A stretch of 64,000 nt of DNA, from NCBI GenBank assembly GCA_963782915.1, contig CAWALK010000015.1:262792-326791 (forward strand), written 5' to 3'. The notes below the pieces were generated by a model. That model had not been told where the DNA came from. It was given only the letters and a program-made list of their open reading frames with translations, and searched no databases. The translations under genes were made by a program, and so were the position numbers. This stretch comes from an uncultured archaeon. Its GTDB lineage: Archaea; Thermoproteota; Bathyarchaeia; Bathyarchaeales; Bathycorpusculaceae. Each line of letters opens with the position of its first letter. The first letter of the stretch is position 1. Shown here one piece after another: positions 42,207 through 53,142 of the stretch.

Positions 42207-42369
42207 ATTGCTTGTGCTCCTTTAAGAGAACTATTTCAGGATGTAGATTTAAACCTACATAATCAAGGGGTATTCTATTCGGCGGTGGCTTCCATTGCTC
42301 GAGGCTATTAGTTTGAAGGTCCCTATCTGCTCACAAAGGCGGTTCCATTTTCTTATCAGTGGATATAAT

Positions 42370-42558
42370 TTTTGGGGTTATCTTGTTTTTCTATAGTTGT
42401 TGATACCAAAAAGCCCCTTTACACTACAACAACTAACGGACTTTATTGTGCAATGCGTTTGGTTCGGGTTGCAGGTTAGTTGTAGCGTTTCCCCCAAGCA
42501 ATTCAGTTTCAGACTTAACAGGACCTACCTACCTCAGAGCACCTACCCCCTCCCTTAT
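42370..42558 (+). repeat. Family A copy, interrupted at its end by ISH3
   Basis: Close match to 25960-26142. Confidence 0.85.
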
Positions 42559-43686
42559 CAGTAGATCAAAAAATCGTGTTTCACCTCCTCTAAAAATCAA
42601 CCGTAAGCCTCCAAATCAGGCAGCCAAGACAAGACTAAACACAACCTAACAGCATTCTTAAGAGCATACGTCCTAACACGCCTTCTACGCCTGAAATTCC
42701 ACAAAACCCACAAATTATAGAGTACAACCGCCAAAAAGAAATACAGCTGCCTCAACCTATAGAGCTTAGAGGTAGTCTTAGCCAAAAACAACCCAATCAT
42801 ACGATAAGAAGTCTTAATCCCCCAACGCCGCCTAAACGTATTCTTAAGCACCTTGGGCTTAAACATGGTGTTGGTAGCAAAAATAAGCAGCTTCTTGTTT
42901 TGACGCACAGTTACAAGCCTAAAAGTCGCCTGATCCAAAACCGACTTCTTATGCGTAGTCGTTGTATAAAATACATCCAATCCTGGCTCTTAAGGGCTCC
43001 TTATGCCAAGGAATATGCATTATGTACTTTATTTTGGCGTCATCTAGATAGTTTATCACTTGAGTGGAGAAGTAGCCTCGATCCAACAGCACCAGCTTAA
43101 CTGTTAAGCCCAACTCAGAGACACAGTCTAGGAAGATACTGACATGCCACAGCTTGCTTCTATGAATCATTGTTGCTGCTGCTAAGGTTAATCTCTGACC
43201 GTTGTAGAGAACACTTATCGTTGCATATCTGTAGGCATGGTTTGAGCCGTTCTTGTGTTGGGTTCCCACTACGCCTTTTGCTTTAGGGTCACCGTAGTAC
43301 ATTTCATCATGCCAGTCTATGGCTACAACCAGTGGCTTGTTTAGGGCGCCTTTTTGTTTCATTTGCTGGATTGTTTGCCGGTTGATTTGGAGTATTTGTT
43401 GAGGGTTTTGTTGTTTTAGGTGGTTTCTGACTGTTTGGCGGCAGAGTTGGAGGTTTTGTGCGCACCCTTCTATGTAGCTGTTGTTTATTGCTGCTAGGAT
43501 GAGCGTTTTGGTGGTTTCTTGGCTATTTCGGGCGTGTTTGAGATTAAGGAAGCTGCCGATTGTTTCTTTAAAATATAAGTAAGCCTTTAGCTTATCCCTT
43601 CGTCTAGGGATGGCGCTGTAACTAGTCACGCTTGATACCCAAAAGCTGGTTACAGCGCTATTCCGATAAAAACTTTTGATCTACTG
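42559..43686 (-). mobile_element. ISH3-family insertion sequence
   Basis: Perfect 13-bp TIRs CAGTAGATCAAAA/TTTTGATCTACTG; TTAT target duplication (42555-42558, 43687-43690). Confidence 0.9.
42597..43629 (-). CDS. ISH3 transposase (frameshift ~42975)
   Basis: AIDWHDEMYYG, LLDRGYF, RRWGIKTSYR. Confidence 0.85.
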
Positions 43687-43834
43687 TTATATAAAGGATA
43701 AAAAGGCATAGATGGTGCTTGTAGATTGTATGGGTGCCCTCTTTCTGTTTGGGCAGCTATGGGTTTATTGGGTTCTATTGAGGTCTTGTTTGCAGTTGAA
43801 TTCCGACTAGAATAATTTGTGGTCAGTTTAGCCA

Positions 43835-44030
43835 ATGTTGGGGTTTGTTTTTTAGTAGAAAGATAATGGCAAAAACATCATCTTTCGGCGGACTTGGCTA
43901 GCGGCTGCTTTTTTGGTTCTACGTTTGGTTTGGATTGCAGGCTGGTTGAGGAGCAAACCACAAGCTCCAAAGCCAAAAAAAATTGATCTACTGTTATAGA
44001 AGGGGAGGGAGTCAGCACGCAACAAATGCT
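43835..44030. repeat. Degenerate family A pieces with an extra ISH3-like end
   Basis: TTGATCTACTG+TTAT at 43983-43997 next to an inverted CCCTCCCC-TATA motif. Confidence 0.55.
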
Positions 44031-44039
44031 TGTTATATT

Positions 44040-44507
44040 TTACTTTAGCAATTTTGGCTTATTCATTCGCCACGTCAAACCACTATACACTGTAAACAAT
44101 AGCAGGCAAACGAAAACAGCTCCTTTTAGGACAGTGAAGTCTTGAATAAAAGAGAACAATGCAAACACAATTGGAAATGGTCCAATTAGCAGATAAAAGA
44201 AAATCGCAGTGGGCAGCTTGTAGTTGTATTGGTAGTCTTTGAGGCTGCGTTTTCCAAAATAGAGCGCCGCTAATCTGCCCAAGCCAAAGGTGCATTTTTT
44301 GCAGTTATAGCAGGGGCGCAGGCAACCAAGAAACTTGAGAACGCCATATACTGCGATTAGGGCTGCTAAGAGAAAAACCACTCCGACAACTAAATCATAA
44401 AGCAGGAAAGCCAACGTATCCAAAGCGATCCAGAAGGCGAGTGCAAGGTTGCCGATGATAGTCAAGTTTTCTGGAAACTCGATTGTTCCAGTTTTGGTCT
44501 CTGCCAT
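44040..44507 (-). CDS. Membrane protein with Cys cluster
   Basis: Four TM segments, CLRPCYNCKKC. Confidence 0.7.
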   Translation of the reverse strand: MAETKTGTIEFPENLTIIGNLALAFWIALDTLAFLLYDLVVGVVFLLAALIAVYGVLKFLGCLRPCYNCKKCTFGLGRLAALYFGKRSLKDYQYNYKLPTAIFFYLLIGPFPIVFALFSFIQDFTVLKGAVFVCLLLFTVYSGLTWRMNKPKLLK

Positions 44508-44587
44508 GCAGGCTTATTGTAACCGCTATCATATGAGGTTTGCAGTTCAACCAAATTTTAAATAGCAACTGGGGGTAAACCTGTTTT

Positions 44588-45079
44588 ATGCAAGTCACCG
44601 ATTTAATCCGCTATAACCATACGGTTCGGGAGTCTTATCTTGAAGCGATCTCAAAGCTGTCATGGGCTGATGTAATTGCTTCGCGGGGTTTGAGTTTCGA
44701 TTGTTTGCGTGATGTTTTTGTGCATTTAACCCTTGTAGAGGACAGATGGATAAACTACATAATACCCGACCGGTTTAGCTTGTGGGTGGACCCAGACTTC
44801 AACGCCTTCAATGACATCAGCGCACTTAGAACATACATGCAAAAGGTACACCTTGACACAGACAAATACCTCAACACGCTCTCACCGCAAGAACTCAACC
44901 GCTTAATCAGTGTGCCATGGGGCGACAAGCCATATCCTCAAGTTAATGTTGAAACAGTGCTGACGCATATGGTGTTGGAAGACATGGTTCACTTTGGCGA
45001 GTTATCCGCTGCGTTTTGGCAGATGGGCTTAGAAGCGCCTTACAAAGCGTTTTGGCGTTACCAGTACCAGAATCCTTGA
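44588..45079 (+). CDS. DinB family protein
   Basis: VFVHL..EDRW, THMV..HFGEL. Confidence 0.8.
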   Translation: MQVTDLIRYNHTVRESYLEAISKLSWADVIASRGLSFDCLRDVFVHLTLVEDRWINYIIPDRFSLWVDPDFNAFNDISALRTYMQKVHLDTDKYLNTLSPQELNRLISVPWGDKPYPQVNVETVLTHMVLEDMVHFGELSAAFWQMGLEAPYKAFWRYQYQNP

Positions 45080-45149
45080 GGCTTCCATGGGCTTAGATGC
45101 CAGAAGTGATTTATTTTCAGTTGAGAAAATTCTATTTGGTGAGTTGTTT

Positions 45150-45437
45150 TTGGTAAGTGTTGATGAATTATCAGGAAAGGATGTTATCGCAGCAGGGGGC
45201 AGCAAACTAGGTGAAGTGAAGGGTGCAGAAGTTAACACCACCACATGGCAAATAACGCATCTGCAAGTAAAACTGTCAAGCGCAGCATCTGATACTTTGG
45301 GTTTTAAGAAGCGGTTTCGAAGTTCAAGCGTATGCATGCCTACATCGCTGGTTTCAGCAGTCGGCGATGTCGTCACAATAGGCAGCGACTTAAACCAGTT
45401 AAGCCAGAACCCGCAGATTACGGAATGCCCCGAATAA
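45150..45437 (+). CDS. PRC-barrel protein
   Basis: GKDVI..G.KLGEV..W.IT.L..VSAVGDVV. Confidence 0.8.
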   Translation: MVSVDELSGKDVIAAGGSKLGEVKGAEVNTTTWQITHLQVKLSSAASDTLGFKKRFRSSSVCMPTSLVSAVGDVVTIGSDLNQLSQNPQITECPE

Positions 45438-45556
45438 GCAACCGCTCTTTCGCAGCTACAATACCCTGCCTACAAGCTTAGGCAAGGTTTATCTACAATT
45501 TTACCCTCATTTCATATGCGATTTTTAAGTTCTAATTGTAGTGGAGGTGAAAAATT

Positions 45557-45976
45557 TTGCCAGATATTGTAGATACAGCAGTTTCTTCGGGCATCTTTAA
45601 CACACTTGTAGAAGCCGTAAAAGCAGCAGGGCTAGTTGAAACCTTGAAGAGTCCAGGTCCATTCACGGTATTTGCCCCAACTGATGAAGCATTCGCCAAA
45701 ATACCCAAAGCTGAACTTGACATGCTCCTCAAAGATACAGCCAAACTAAAAGCGGTTCTAACTTTCCATGTTGTAGATGGAAAACTTATGGCTACAGACT
45801 TGGCTGAGCATGAATATTTGCAGGCGCTTTCAGGCGGCGAATTACGCATAGACAATAAACGGTGGCACATGCACAGAGACATGAAAGTTAACGGTGCAAA
45901 CATCACAAAACCCGACTTAGTGGTTGATAACGGAGTTTGCCATGCCATCGATAAAGTGCTCATGCCAAAGATGTAA
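45557..45976 (+). CDS. Fasciclin domain protein
   Basis: FTVFAPTDEAF, NGVCHAIDKVL. Confidence 0.93.
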   Translation: MPDIVDTAVSSGIFNTLVEAVKAAGLVETLKSPGPFTVFAPTDEAFAKIPKAELDMLLKDTAKLKAVLTFHVVDGKLMATDLAEHEYLQALSGGELRIDNKRWHMHRDMKVNGANITKPDLVVDNGVCHAIDKVLMPKM

Positions 45977-45997
45977 CAAACGATGTAGCGGCATATA

Positions 45998-46654
45998 ATG
46001 CCCCTAAACCCTTTTTTAGAAAAATTAATCCTTAAATATCAAGTTAATTCTAATTCATTTATGACTTCTAAGGATGCCAAGATTGCAGGGACACTCCTAA
46101 CCGTTGGCGGCATCCAATTTGTTTTAGCCCTAATAATCGCCGAATCAATCTACCCCGACTACAGTGTTGCAAACAATGTTATTAGCGATTTAGGCGTATG
46201 GAGTAAGCCTTCAGCGGTTATCTTTAACCCATCAGTTATGCTGTTTGGCATTACAATTATTATCGCCTCATTCTTCATCAAACGACATTTTCATTTAGGG
46301 AAATTGGCGTATCTCTACACTATCGCTGGTGCAGGCTCGTTAGGTGTTGGAATCTTTCCAGAAAACACGTTCGTAATCAACGGCATACCCATGCTTCATA
46401 GTATTGCAGCCCTGTTAGCTTTCGTTGTCGGAGCACTAGCTGCATTAGCCACCTATAAAATAACCAAGTCGCCGTTTCGGTACATATCCGCTTTTTTGGG
46501 TGGGTTTTCGTTAGTTGCGTTTGTAGTATTCTTGCTTGCACACAATACGAGTGCACTGGGACTTGGCGCAGGTGCACTGGAACGTATGGTTGCTTACCCC
46601 ACGACTCTGGGCTTGATTGGATTCGGCGGATACTTACTGGGCAATCAAGACTGA
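45998..46654 (+). CDS. DUF998-like membrane protein
   Basis: YSVANNVISDLG, GIFP, LERM. Confidence 0.75.
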   Translation: MPLNPFLEKLILKYQVNSNSFMTSKDAKIAGTLLTVGGIQFVLALIIAESIYPDYSVANNVISDLGVWSKPSAVIFNPSVMLFGITIIIASFFIKRHFHLGKLAYLYTIAGAGSLGVGIFPENTFVINGIPMLHSIAALLAFVVGALAALATYKITKSPFRYISAFLGGFSLVAFVVFLLAHNTSALGLGAGALERMVAYPTTLGLIGFGGYLLGNQD

Positions 46655-46658
46655 TGGT

Positions 46659-47399
46659 TTAGCATGTGATTAGTACTGCTACAAGTGAATCTGCAACAAA
46701 CGGCAGCAGCATCCAAGAATCCATACTATAAAATCCTGGCAGAACAAAACATAAAACGGTACTTGCAACAAAAACCAGAAGCGCTAAACTTTTTGCCTTA
46801 TTCCAGGAGGATTTAGCCTCTATTTTCAGGATGTCTGTGTAGAGGAGTTTGCGTTTGCTAAAAAAGCCGTAACTAAGCGCCAAAATAACAGGACCTAAGA
46901 GGATTGCCCAAAGAGCATCTGTGGCAAAAATGGTGGCTGAAGTCATAACGAACGGGCAGAAGTTCGGCCATAAATAGTACAATCCCCAACCGATGGCTAA
47001 TCCACATAAGGTGCAGGCTAAAGCAGCCAAACCCATGAACAATGCAACTTTTTTGATGCTTCTAAGATCAGGCTTCTCATTTATCATAGCCGTCCAAAGT
47101 TTGTAGGGTATATATGCGATTAGGAAGTTGCCGATGAACCCGAAATAGCTTGCAGCATTCAAGCTGTTAGTAAAGATATCGTAGATAACGTTACCGAACG
47201 CTGCGCCCCAAGCGGCAGCGGGACCAAACAGGAACGAAAACGCCACTGGAATACTTACGCCTACACGTAAATAATCAGCGTTTGCACCAAAAAAAGAAAA
47301 TTGCAAAAAAGGGTACATAACAGCGGGATACAGCAATGCGGTGAAAAGGGCGTAAGCTATCATCTTTGGGTTTTTCCACATTGCAATTAAATCCAGCAT
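46659..47399 (-). CDS. QueT-like ECF transporter S component
   Basis: FLFGPAAAWGAAFGN..D, GNFL..YIPYKLW. Confidence 0.75.
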   Translation of the reverse strand: MLDLIAMWKNPKMIAYALFTALLYPAVMYPFLQFSFFGANADYLRVGVSIPVAFSFLFGPAAAWGAAFGNVIYDIFTNSLNAASYFGFIGNFLIAYIPYKLWTAMINEKPDLRSIKKVALFMGLAALACTLCGLAIGWGLYYLWPNFCPFVMTSATIFATDALWAILLGPVILALSYGFFSKRKLLYTDILKIEAKSSWNKAKSLALLVFVASTVLCFVLPGFYSMDSWMLLPFVADSLVAVLITC

Positions 47400-47491
47400 G
47401 CCCTAATCCTACAACAAAGCAACGGATAGGTATCTTAAAAATTTTAAGAGCCCCATTTCCAACCCACCCATGGCATCATGAAGCTTTATGG

Positions 47492-48236
47492 TTATTTGCA
47501 GGCTACTGCTACTGCAACAAGCGCGACTGTGGCAAGAGGCAGTATTACAAGCGTGTCCAGAGTGATTAATCCAGGTAAAATAACACATAGAACCGCAGTG
47601 ATAGCGAAAACTAAAACCGCTATCGCTCTTACCTTAATCCATGAAGGCTGCACCTTTATTCCCAATATATCGGTGTAGAGCAGCTTGCGTTTACTAATGA
47701 ACCCATAACTTGAAGCCAATACGATGGAACCCACAACTATTGCCCAGAGAGCGTTTGTTGTAGTTATAGTAACAAATGTCATTACAAATGGGAGTTGTTT
47801 CTGCCAAAGGAGTGCTCCAGCAATCAGTAACCCACAGATTGTACTTGCCATAATGGCTGTGCCGATGAACAGTGCCAGCTTTTTGAAGCTTCTGAGATCA
47901 GGCTTTTCAGTGGTTATTCCTGTCCAGAGCTTGTAAGGTATGTATCCGATTAGGAAGTTACCGAAGAAACCAAAAGCATCCGTTATCTCAAAGGGTGCGG
48001 GTGAAGTCGCCATGCCATAAAGCAAATTGCCTATAGCTGCACCCCATGCTGCCGCTGGACCGAAAAGAAAAGAGAAACGCTACAGGAATGCCAATAGCCA
48101 TTCGTCCAAAATCGACTGATCCACCAAAAAAGTTGAGCCCATGAAAAGGGTAAAGAAGTGCAATGTACAACAGAGCCGTCGTAAAGGTGAAAGCTACCAT
48201 TTTGGGGTTTTTCCACATGGAAATGAAATCGAACAT
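47492..48236 (-). CDS. QueT-like ECF S component, tandem paralogue (frameshift ~48075)
   Basis: MWKNPKM start and GNFLIGYIPYKLW shared with neighbour. Confidence 0.7.
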
Positions 48237-48386
48237 ACCGCTGAACCGTTTAAAGAGCTACATTGGGCTAACTTAAAAGTTTTAAGAGGTAATGTTGCTG
48301 AATTTAGCGGCAGATAAGGGAAGTAAGTAAAAATAGGGAACACCCTTAAATCTGCCAAATATTCCAATGCAATAAGCGACAAAACT

Positions 48387-49376
48387 ATGCCATACGCCAT
48401 CCAAACCCACCAACTGACAAAGGCTTACAAGACCTTCAAAGCAGTAGACAGCCTCGAAATATCCGTGGAAAGAGGCGAAATCTTTGGCCTTTTAGGACCT
48501 AACGGGGCAGGAAAAACCACCACCGTCTCCATGCTCTGCACAATCCTAAAACCAACTTCAGGCACCGCAACCATAAACGGGTTTGACCTCGTAAAAGAAG
48601 CTAACAAAGTCCGCAAATCAATCGGCATAGTCTTCCAAGACCCATCCATAGATGACCGCTTAACCGCAAGAGAAAACCTCTACATGCACGCCAACCTCTA
48701 TGGCGTCCCAGCTTCAGAACAGCGTGAACGCATTGAACGCATATTGAACCTCGTTGAACTCGAAGACAGAGCCGACGATTTACTGCGCACTTACTCAGGC
48801 GGAATGAGGCGGCGGCTCGAACTTGGCAGGGGCTTGATTCATTACCCACAGGTATTATTCCTTGATGAACCAACCGTGGGATTGGACCCGCAGACACGGG
48901 ATCACATCTGGAAGTATATCCGTGAACTCAAACAAGCACACGACATCACCGTCGTCTTAACAACCCATTACATGGATGAGGCAGATCGGCTCTCAGACCG
49001 CATCGCAATTATGGACCACGGCAAAATCGTGGTTCTGGATACACCCTCGAAGCTTAAGGATACCTTGGAAGGCGACGTTGTAACTGTCAAGGCAAATAAC
49101 CTTGATGAGTTAGCGCAGTTAGTTTCTAAATGGTTAGGATTCAACAAAACCCGCGTAGTCGATGGCGCATTGGAGATTACTATACATAATGGCAAATTAG
49201 CGATGCCCCGCATCATGGAAATAGCCACCCAAAATAACATCTACGTAGAATCCCTCTCATCTAGAGAACCCAACTTGGAAGATGTGTTTTTGCATTATAC
49301 TGGCCGCTCAATCCGTGAAGACCCAACTAAAGAGTTGCATGGATTAGCTGCGGCGCATAGGAGAGCGATACGATGA
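48387..49376 (+). CDS. ABC exporter ATP-binding subunit (DrrA-like)
   Basis: GPNGAGKT, YSGGM, LDEP. Confidence 0.93.
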   Translation: MPYAIQTHQLTKAYKTFKAVDSLEISVERGEIFGLLGPNGAGKTTTVSMLCTILKPTSGTATINGFDLVKEANKVRKSIGIVFQDPSIDDRLTARENLYMHANLYGVPASEQRERIERILNLVELEDRADDLLRTYSGGMRRRLELGRGLIHYPQVLFLDEPTVGLDPQTRDHIWKYIRELKQAHDITVVLTTHYMDEADRLSDRIAIMDHGKIVVLDTPSKLKDTLEGDVVTVKANNLDELAQLVSKWLGFNKTRVVDGALEITIHNGKLAMPRIMEIATQNNIYVESLSSREPNLEDVFLHYTGRSIREDPTKELHGLAAAHRRAIR

Positions 49377-50134
49377 CCGAATTCCGTGCGCTCTATACGC
49401 TTTGGCTGCGAGAACTCAAACGTTTCATCCGCGACCGAGCAAGAGTCATCATCAGCTTTGTTCAGCCGCTGCTTTGGCTGGTAGTTTTCGCAGCCGGCTT
49501 CGGCGCAAGATTGGTAATTCCGGGGATTGATTATCAACAGTACCTTTTCCCAGGCATCATCGGACAAACATTGCTCTTCACTGCGATGTTTATGGGCATT
49601 AGCGTAATCTGGGACAAAGAATTCGGCTTCATGAAAGAAGTTCTTGTCTCACCGGTTTCGCGCTTCACGATTTTTCTTGGCAAAATGCTTGGCGACAGCA
49701 CCGCTGCCCTATTTCAGGGCATAATCGTGTTTGCTTTCGGCTTCATCTTAGGCATCCCATTCGACCCCATAACATTGCTTGCAGCTCTGCCAGTTATGCT
49801 GCTAATCACGGTTGGCTTAGTCAGTGTAGGCTTGATTCTTGCCAGTTTCATGGGTAGCTTAGAGAATTTCGGTGCAATCCAAACCTTCATCAACCTGCCA
49901 TTGTTCTTCTTAAGCGGCGCATTATTCCCAATTGCTGGCCCGGGCACGCCCGAGTGGCTTCAGGTTGCTTCTGCGTTTGACCCGTTAACGTATGGGGTTG
50001 ATGCTTTGCGCACGGTGATTTTAGGTTCCGCTTGGACTCCACTACACCCACTTTACATCAACATAGGCGTAATCGTGGTATTTGATGCCGTTATGATCGG
50101 AGTTGGCACATGGGCGTTTAGCAGAATGAAATAA
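49373..50134 (+). CDS. ABC-2 permease
   Basis: Six-TM, LSGALFP, PLTYGVDALR. Confidence 0.9.
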   Translation: MTEFRALYTLWLRELKRFIRDRARVIISFVQPLLWLVVFAAGFGARLVIPGIDYQQYLFPGIIGQTLLFTAMFMGISVIWDKEFGFMKEVLVSPVSRFTIFLGKMLGDSTAALFQGIIVFAFGFILGIPFDPITLLAALPVMLLITVGLVSVGLILASFMGSLENFGAIQTFINLPLFFLSGALFPIAGPGTPEWLQVASAFDPLTYGVDALRTVILGSAWTPLHPLYINIGVIVVFDAVMIGVGTWAFSRMK

Positions 50135-50153
50135 AATAAAAAATAAAACAGGT

Positions 50154-50441
50154 TTATTGCTTGTTGGTCATTTCGTTTATTTGTTCTTCCATCGCGTGAC
50201 CGCGGCAGTAAACAACGGCTTTTTTTATGCCCGGAACAGTTTTAGCTGCGTCACGGATGTCTGAGGCGAGTTTAAATGCGATTGGACAAAACGGGCTTGT
50301 GGGAACGAACTCAACGGTTACTGTGCCCGGTTCTGTTTCTTTGACGCTCTGTATCATCTGCATCTCATCGAATGATTGACCAGTCTCTGGGTCTTGAACT
50401 TTACCTACTTCCACACGGACTTTATCTTCTAAACCAGTCAT
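50154..50441 (-). CDS. DUF59/MIP18 Fe-S assembly protein
   Basis: DPE, TSPFCP. Confidence 0.85.
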   Translation of the reverse strand: MTGLEDKVRVEVGKVQDPETGQSFDEMQMIQSVKETEPGTVTVEFVPTSPFCPIAFKLASDIRDAAKTVPGIKKAVVYCRGHAMEEQINEMTNKQ

Positions 50442-50519
50442 AGCTTTCTACCTCAAATAGGTAAAAGAACTATGAAATGCCCAGTCATATAAACAAAACG
50501 CATCTACCTGCTTTTGCGC

Positions 50520-52469
50520 TTAGATTTTATGGCTAAACAGGAAAGCGCAATCACGGTTAATATGGCAATGATTATTGGCGTGTTTAATTCTGGCGCCTGT
50601 GGTATTGAGTTTTTGTTGGTCTGCTTGGTTTTGGTTGGGTTGTATTGAGGGTGCTGCTGTGTCTGTTGGGGTTGGTTGGTTTGTCGGTGTTTCGGTGGGT
50701 GCCGTGGAGGGTTGGGTTGGTGGGGGAGTCGGCGTTGGGGGTGCTGTTGTCGGGGTTGGCGATGTTGTAGGTGTGGGTGTGATGGTTGGTTGGGGCGTTG
50801 GTGAGGTCAATGGGGTTGGAGTAGGCGTTGGATTCAATGTCGGGGTTGGAGTTTGTGTTGGAGAAGGCGTGGGAACAGGTGTTACAGATGGGGTTGGAGC
50901 GGGAGTCGTTGTTGGTGTAGGCGAAGGGGTTGGTGTGGCAGTCGGCGACGGGGTGGGTGTTGGAGTTGGTATGGCTGTTGGAGTAGGAGTAGGCGTAGGT
51001 AGTATTTTGTTGATTGTCACGTTGACGTATGTTGCAGCTGGGTAGTTTAGAATTGAGGCTGGCAGACCGGAGGCTGTGTCATTACCAACTGAAAAGTAGT
51101 TGACTGTTCCAGTTTGGCTGCCACTCTCATATGCCTTTAGGAAGAAAGGCTGGTTGATGAGGCTCGGCATGACAGTTTTAAACTCGGATACATCCATAAC
51201 TATGTTGGTTAACGGAAACGGCCTCGAACCCGCCATAACATAATTGTTGAAGCACTTAGTTGCAATGGGGCTGCTTGGAGTTCCCAATCCCACAGTAACG
51301 GTGCATGCACCTCTTACTTGGTCGTTTACATTAAAAGTTGCAAGCAAATCCGGTTGATAGTTTGGTTGATAAAAGAAGTAGCAGCACCAATGTATGCTTT
51401 GCTTCATAGCTTCATAGGAAATCCAGTAATAACCATCGGGAATTTTTTCACCATAAAAGCCTACTCCCCACGAATTCGCGATTTTGAAGGCGCCCTGCTT
51501 TGCAGTTCCTCCCTCGATGTAGGAAAAGTTGTCATCGTATCCTACAACAGTTCCTGCATGCCCTGTTTGGGGCGAGACATAGTTATCCAAAGTCCAGGCA
51601 TCGTTTGTTGTTAAACCGCTGAATTTGCCGGAATCAACGTTTATTGAGGCAAGGTTGCCTGACGCTAAGAGATTTTTTAAATTGGTGATGCCTTGGTCGT
51701 TGTTCAGGGACATATATTGGTAGCCGCTGCTGTTGCCTCGATATAGGGGCGCCTCAGCCCAGGCTGTTTGGGAAGGCCAAGAAGAATAATCGGCTTGATT
51801 GTAGGGCATGTTTTTCCATGAACTTACTCCGATACCGCAAACAAGGTTGATAGCGCCATCGAATGAGGCGCCGGTATCTTCGCCAGAATTAATGAGGCTG
51901 TAAACAAACGCTGGGCTCATGACGTTACTTTGATAATTTGTTGATAATTCCATTCCATTCATGGTTGCCCCTGCGAGGTTCCAACCATGCTCTTTAGCCG
52001 CAAGATACGTCGCCATATAATATCCGATTGACCATGCCACACAGGAGGATTGGTTACCCTGATTTCCGATAGGTGGAAAATACTGTGACTTAGAATTATC
52101 GATGCTTAAAGCTGCATTTGCATAAGCGATGTTATCAACGATATAGGCACTCTGTGCGATTTCAGTCCATTCTGCGGCAGTCGGCGGTTTAACCCCTGCG
52201 CTATAGCCGTTAATTGTGTGGCTGTAGTTTACGTCTTCTTGGTAGGTGCCCAACGTGTTTTTTAGTGCAGTTAGCTCTGAGGAGGTGATTCTGTGTTCTG
52301 TCACTGAAAGAGGGCTTGAACTGGTTTTGGAAGGATAGCTTATCTCTTGCGTTGATGCATTTTGATTAACATTGTCTAGCAGCTTCGCATTGGGCACGCA
52401 GGAAAGAATTAGTGTGAAGACAAATAAGCCAACAATCGCTGACGAACCCAAACTATAGGTTTTTATCAT
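50520..52469 (-). CDS. Secreted papain-family (C1) cysteine peptidase with PT-rich tail
   Basis: [25 protein letters not shown]. Confidence 0.88.
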   Translation of the reverse strand: MIKTYSLGSSAIVGLFVFTLILSCVPNAKLLDNVNQNASTQEISYPSKTSSSPLSVTEHRITSSELTALKNTLGTYQEDVNYSHTINGYSAGVKPPTAAEWTEIAQSAYIVDNIAYANAALSIDNSKSQYFPPIGNQGNQSSCVAWSIGYYMATYLAAKEHGWNLAGATMNGMELSTNYQSNVMSPAFVYSLINSGEDTGASFDGAINLVCGIGVSSWKNMPYNQADYSSWPSQTAWAEAPLYRGNSSGYQYMSLNNDQGITNLKNLLASGNLASINVDSGKFSGLTTNDAWTLDNYVSPQTGHAGTVVGYDDNFSYIEGGTAKQGAFKIANSWGVGFYGEKIPDGYYWISYEAMKQSIHWCCYFFYQPNYQPDLLATFNVNDQVRGACTVTVGLGTPSSPIATKCFNNYVMAGSRPFPLTNIVMDVSEFKTVMPSLINQPFFLKAYESGSQTGTVNYFSVGNDTASGLPASILNYPAATYVNVTINKILPTPTPTPTAIPTPTPTPSPTATPTPSPTPTTTPAPTPSVTPVPTPSPTQTPTPTLNPTPTPTPLTSPTPQPTITPTPTTSPTPTTAPPTPTPPPTQPSTAPTETPTNQPTPTDTAAPSIQPNQNQADQQKLNTTGARIKHANNHCHINRDCAFLFSHKI

Positions 52470-52636
52470 TTCAGTTGTTCAACAAACAGTATAGCTAAGG
52501 ACCACCTGGGTGATCGCATGAGCATTCAAGTTATTGACTGCGATTTCTCTTAAAGCAATGTGACTGTAGCCAAGCAATCACCAATTTAATGGCTAAGAGG
52601 CATCCAAAAATTTAAGTCGGTTTTACATATAATCGA

Positions 52637-53074
52637 TTGCCGGAGAATAGACAAGTGGCATTCGACGAATCCTGCATATTCTGCAAAATAGTGGCTAAAC
52701 AAGCACCTTCAAGCATACTCTACGAAGACGCCACAGTATTGGCTTTCTTGGACATAAGACCCCTAAACATGGGGCATACGCTTGTTATTCCTAAAGCCCA
52801 CTACGTTGACATCTTTGATATTCCAGCCAAGGAACTTGCAGCGGTCCATTTAGTTGCTAAGCAGCTCTCGTTTGCAGTAAAGAAAGCGACAGGAGCCGAC
52901 GGTATAAGTATCATTCAGCAGAGCGGTAAAGCTGCCGGGCAGGACGTTTTTCATTTGCATGTGCATGTGGTTCCACGTTTTGAGGGACAGAAGCTGCCGA
53001 GTTTTCATGACCTTAAAGTGGTTGAACGCTCTGCTCTAGAAGAGATGGCTGCGAAAATTAGGCAGCAACTATAG
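52637..53074 (+). CDS. HIT family hydrolase
   Basis: CIFCKI, HLHVHV. Confidence 0.93.
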   Translation: MPENRQVAFDESCIFCKIVAKQAPSSILYEDATVLAFLDIRPLNMGHTLVIPKAHYVDIFDIPAKELAAVHLVAKQLSFAVKKATGADGISIIQQSGKAAGQDVFHLHVHVVPRFEGQKLPSFHDLKVVERSALEEMAAKIRQQL

Positions 53075-53142
53075 CTTCCATAAAGACCAGTCCCTCTAAA
53101 GGTTCGGCATAGAGTTTCTAATGGGACCCAAAAGGTTGGTGG

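Noticed and set aside
50575-51045. Gly-Val-rich antisense ORFs (also 30601-31080, 32029-32274)
   Set aside because: Shadows of PT linkers on the coding strand
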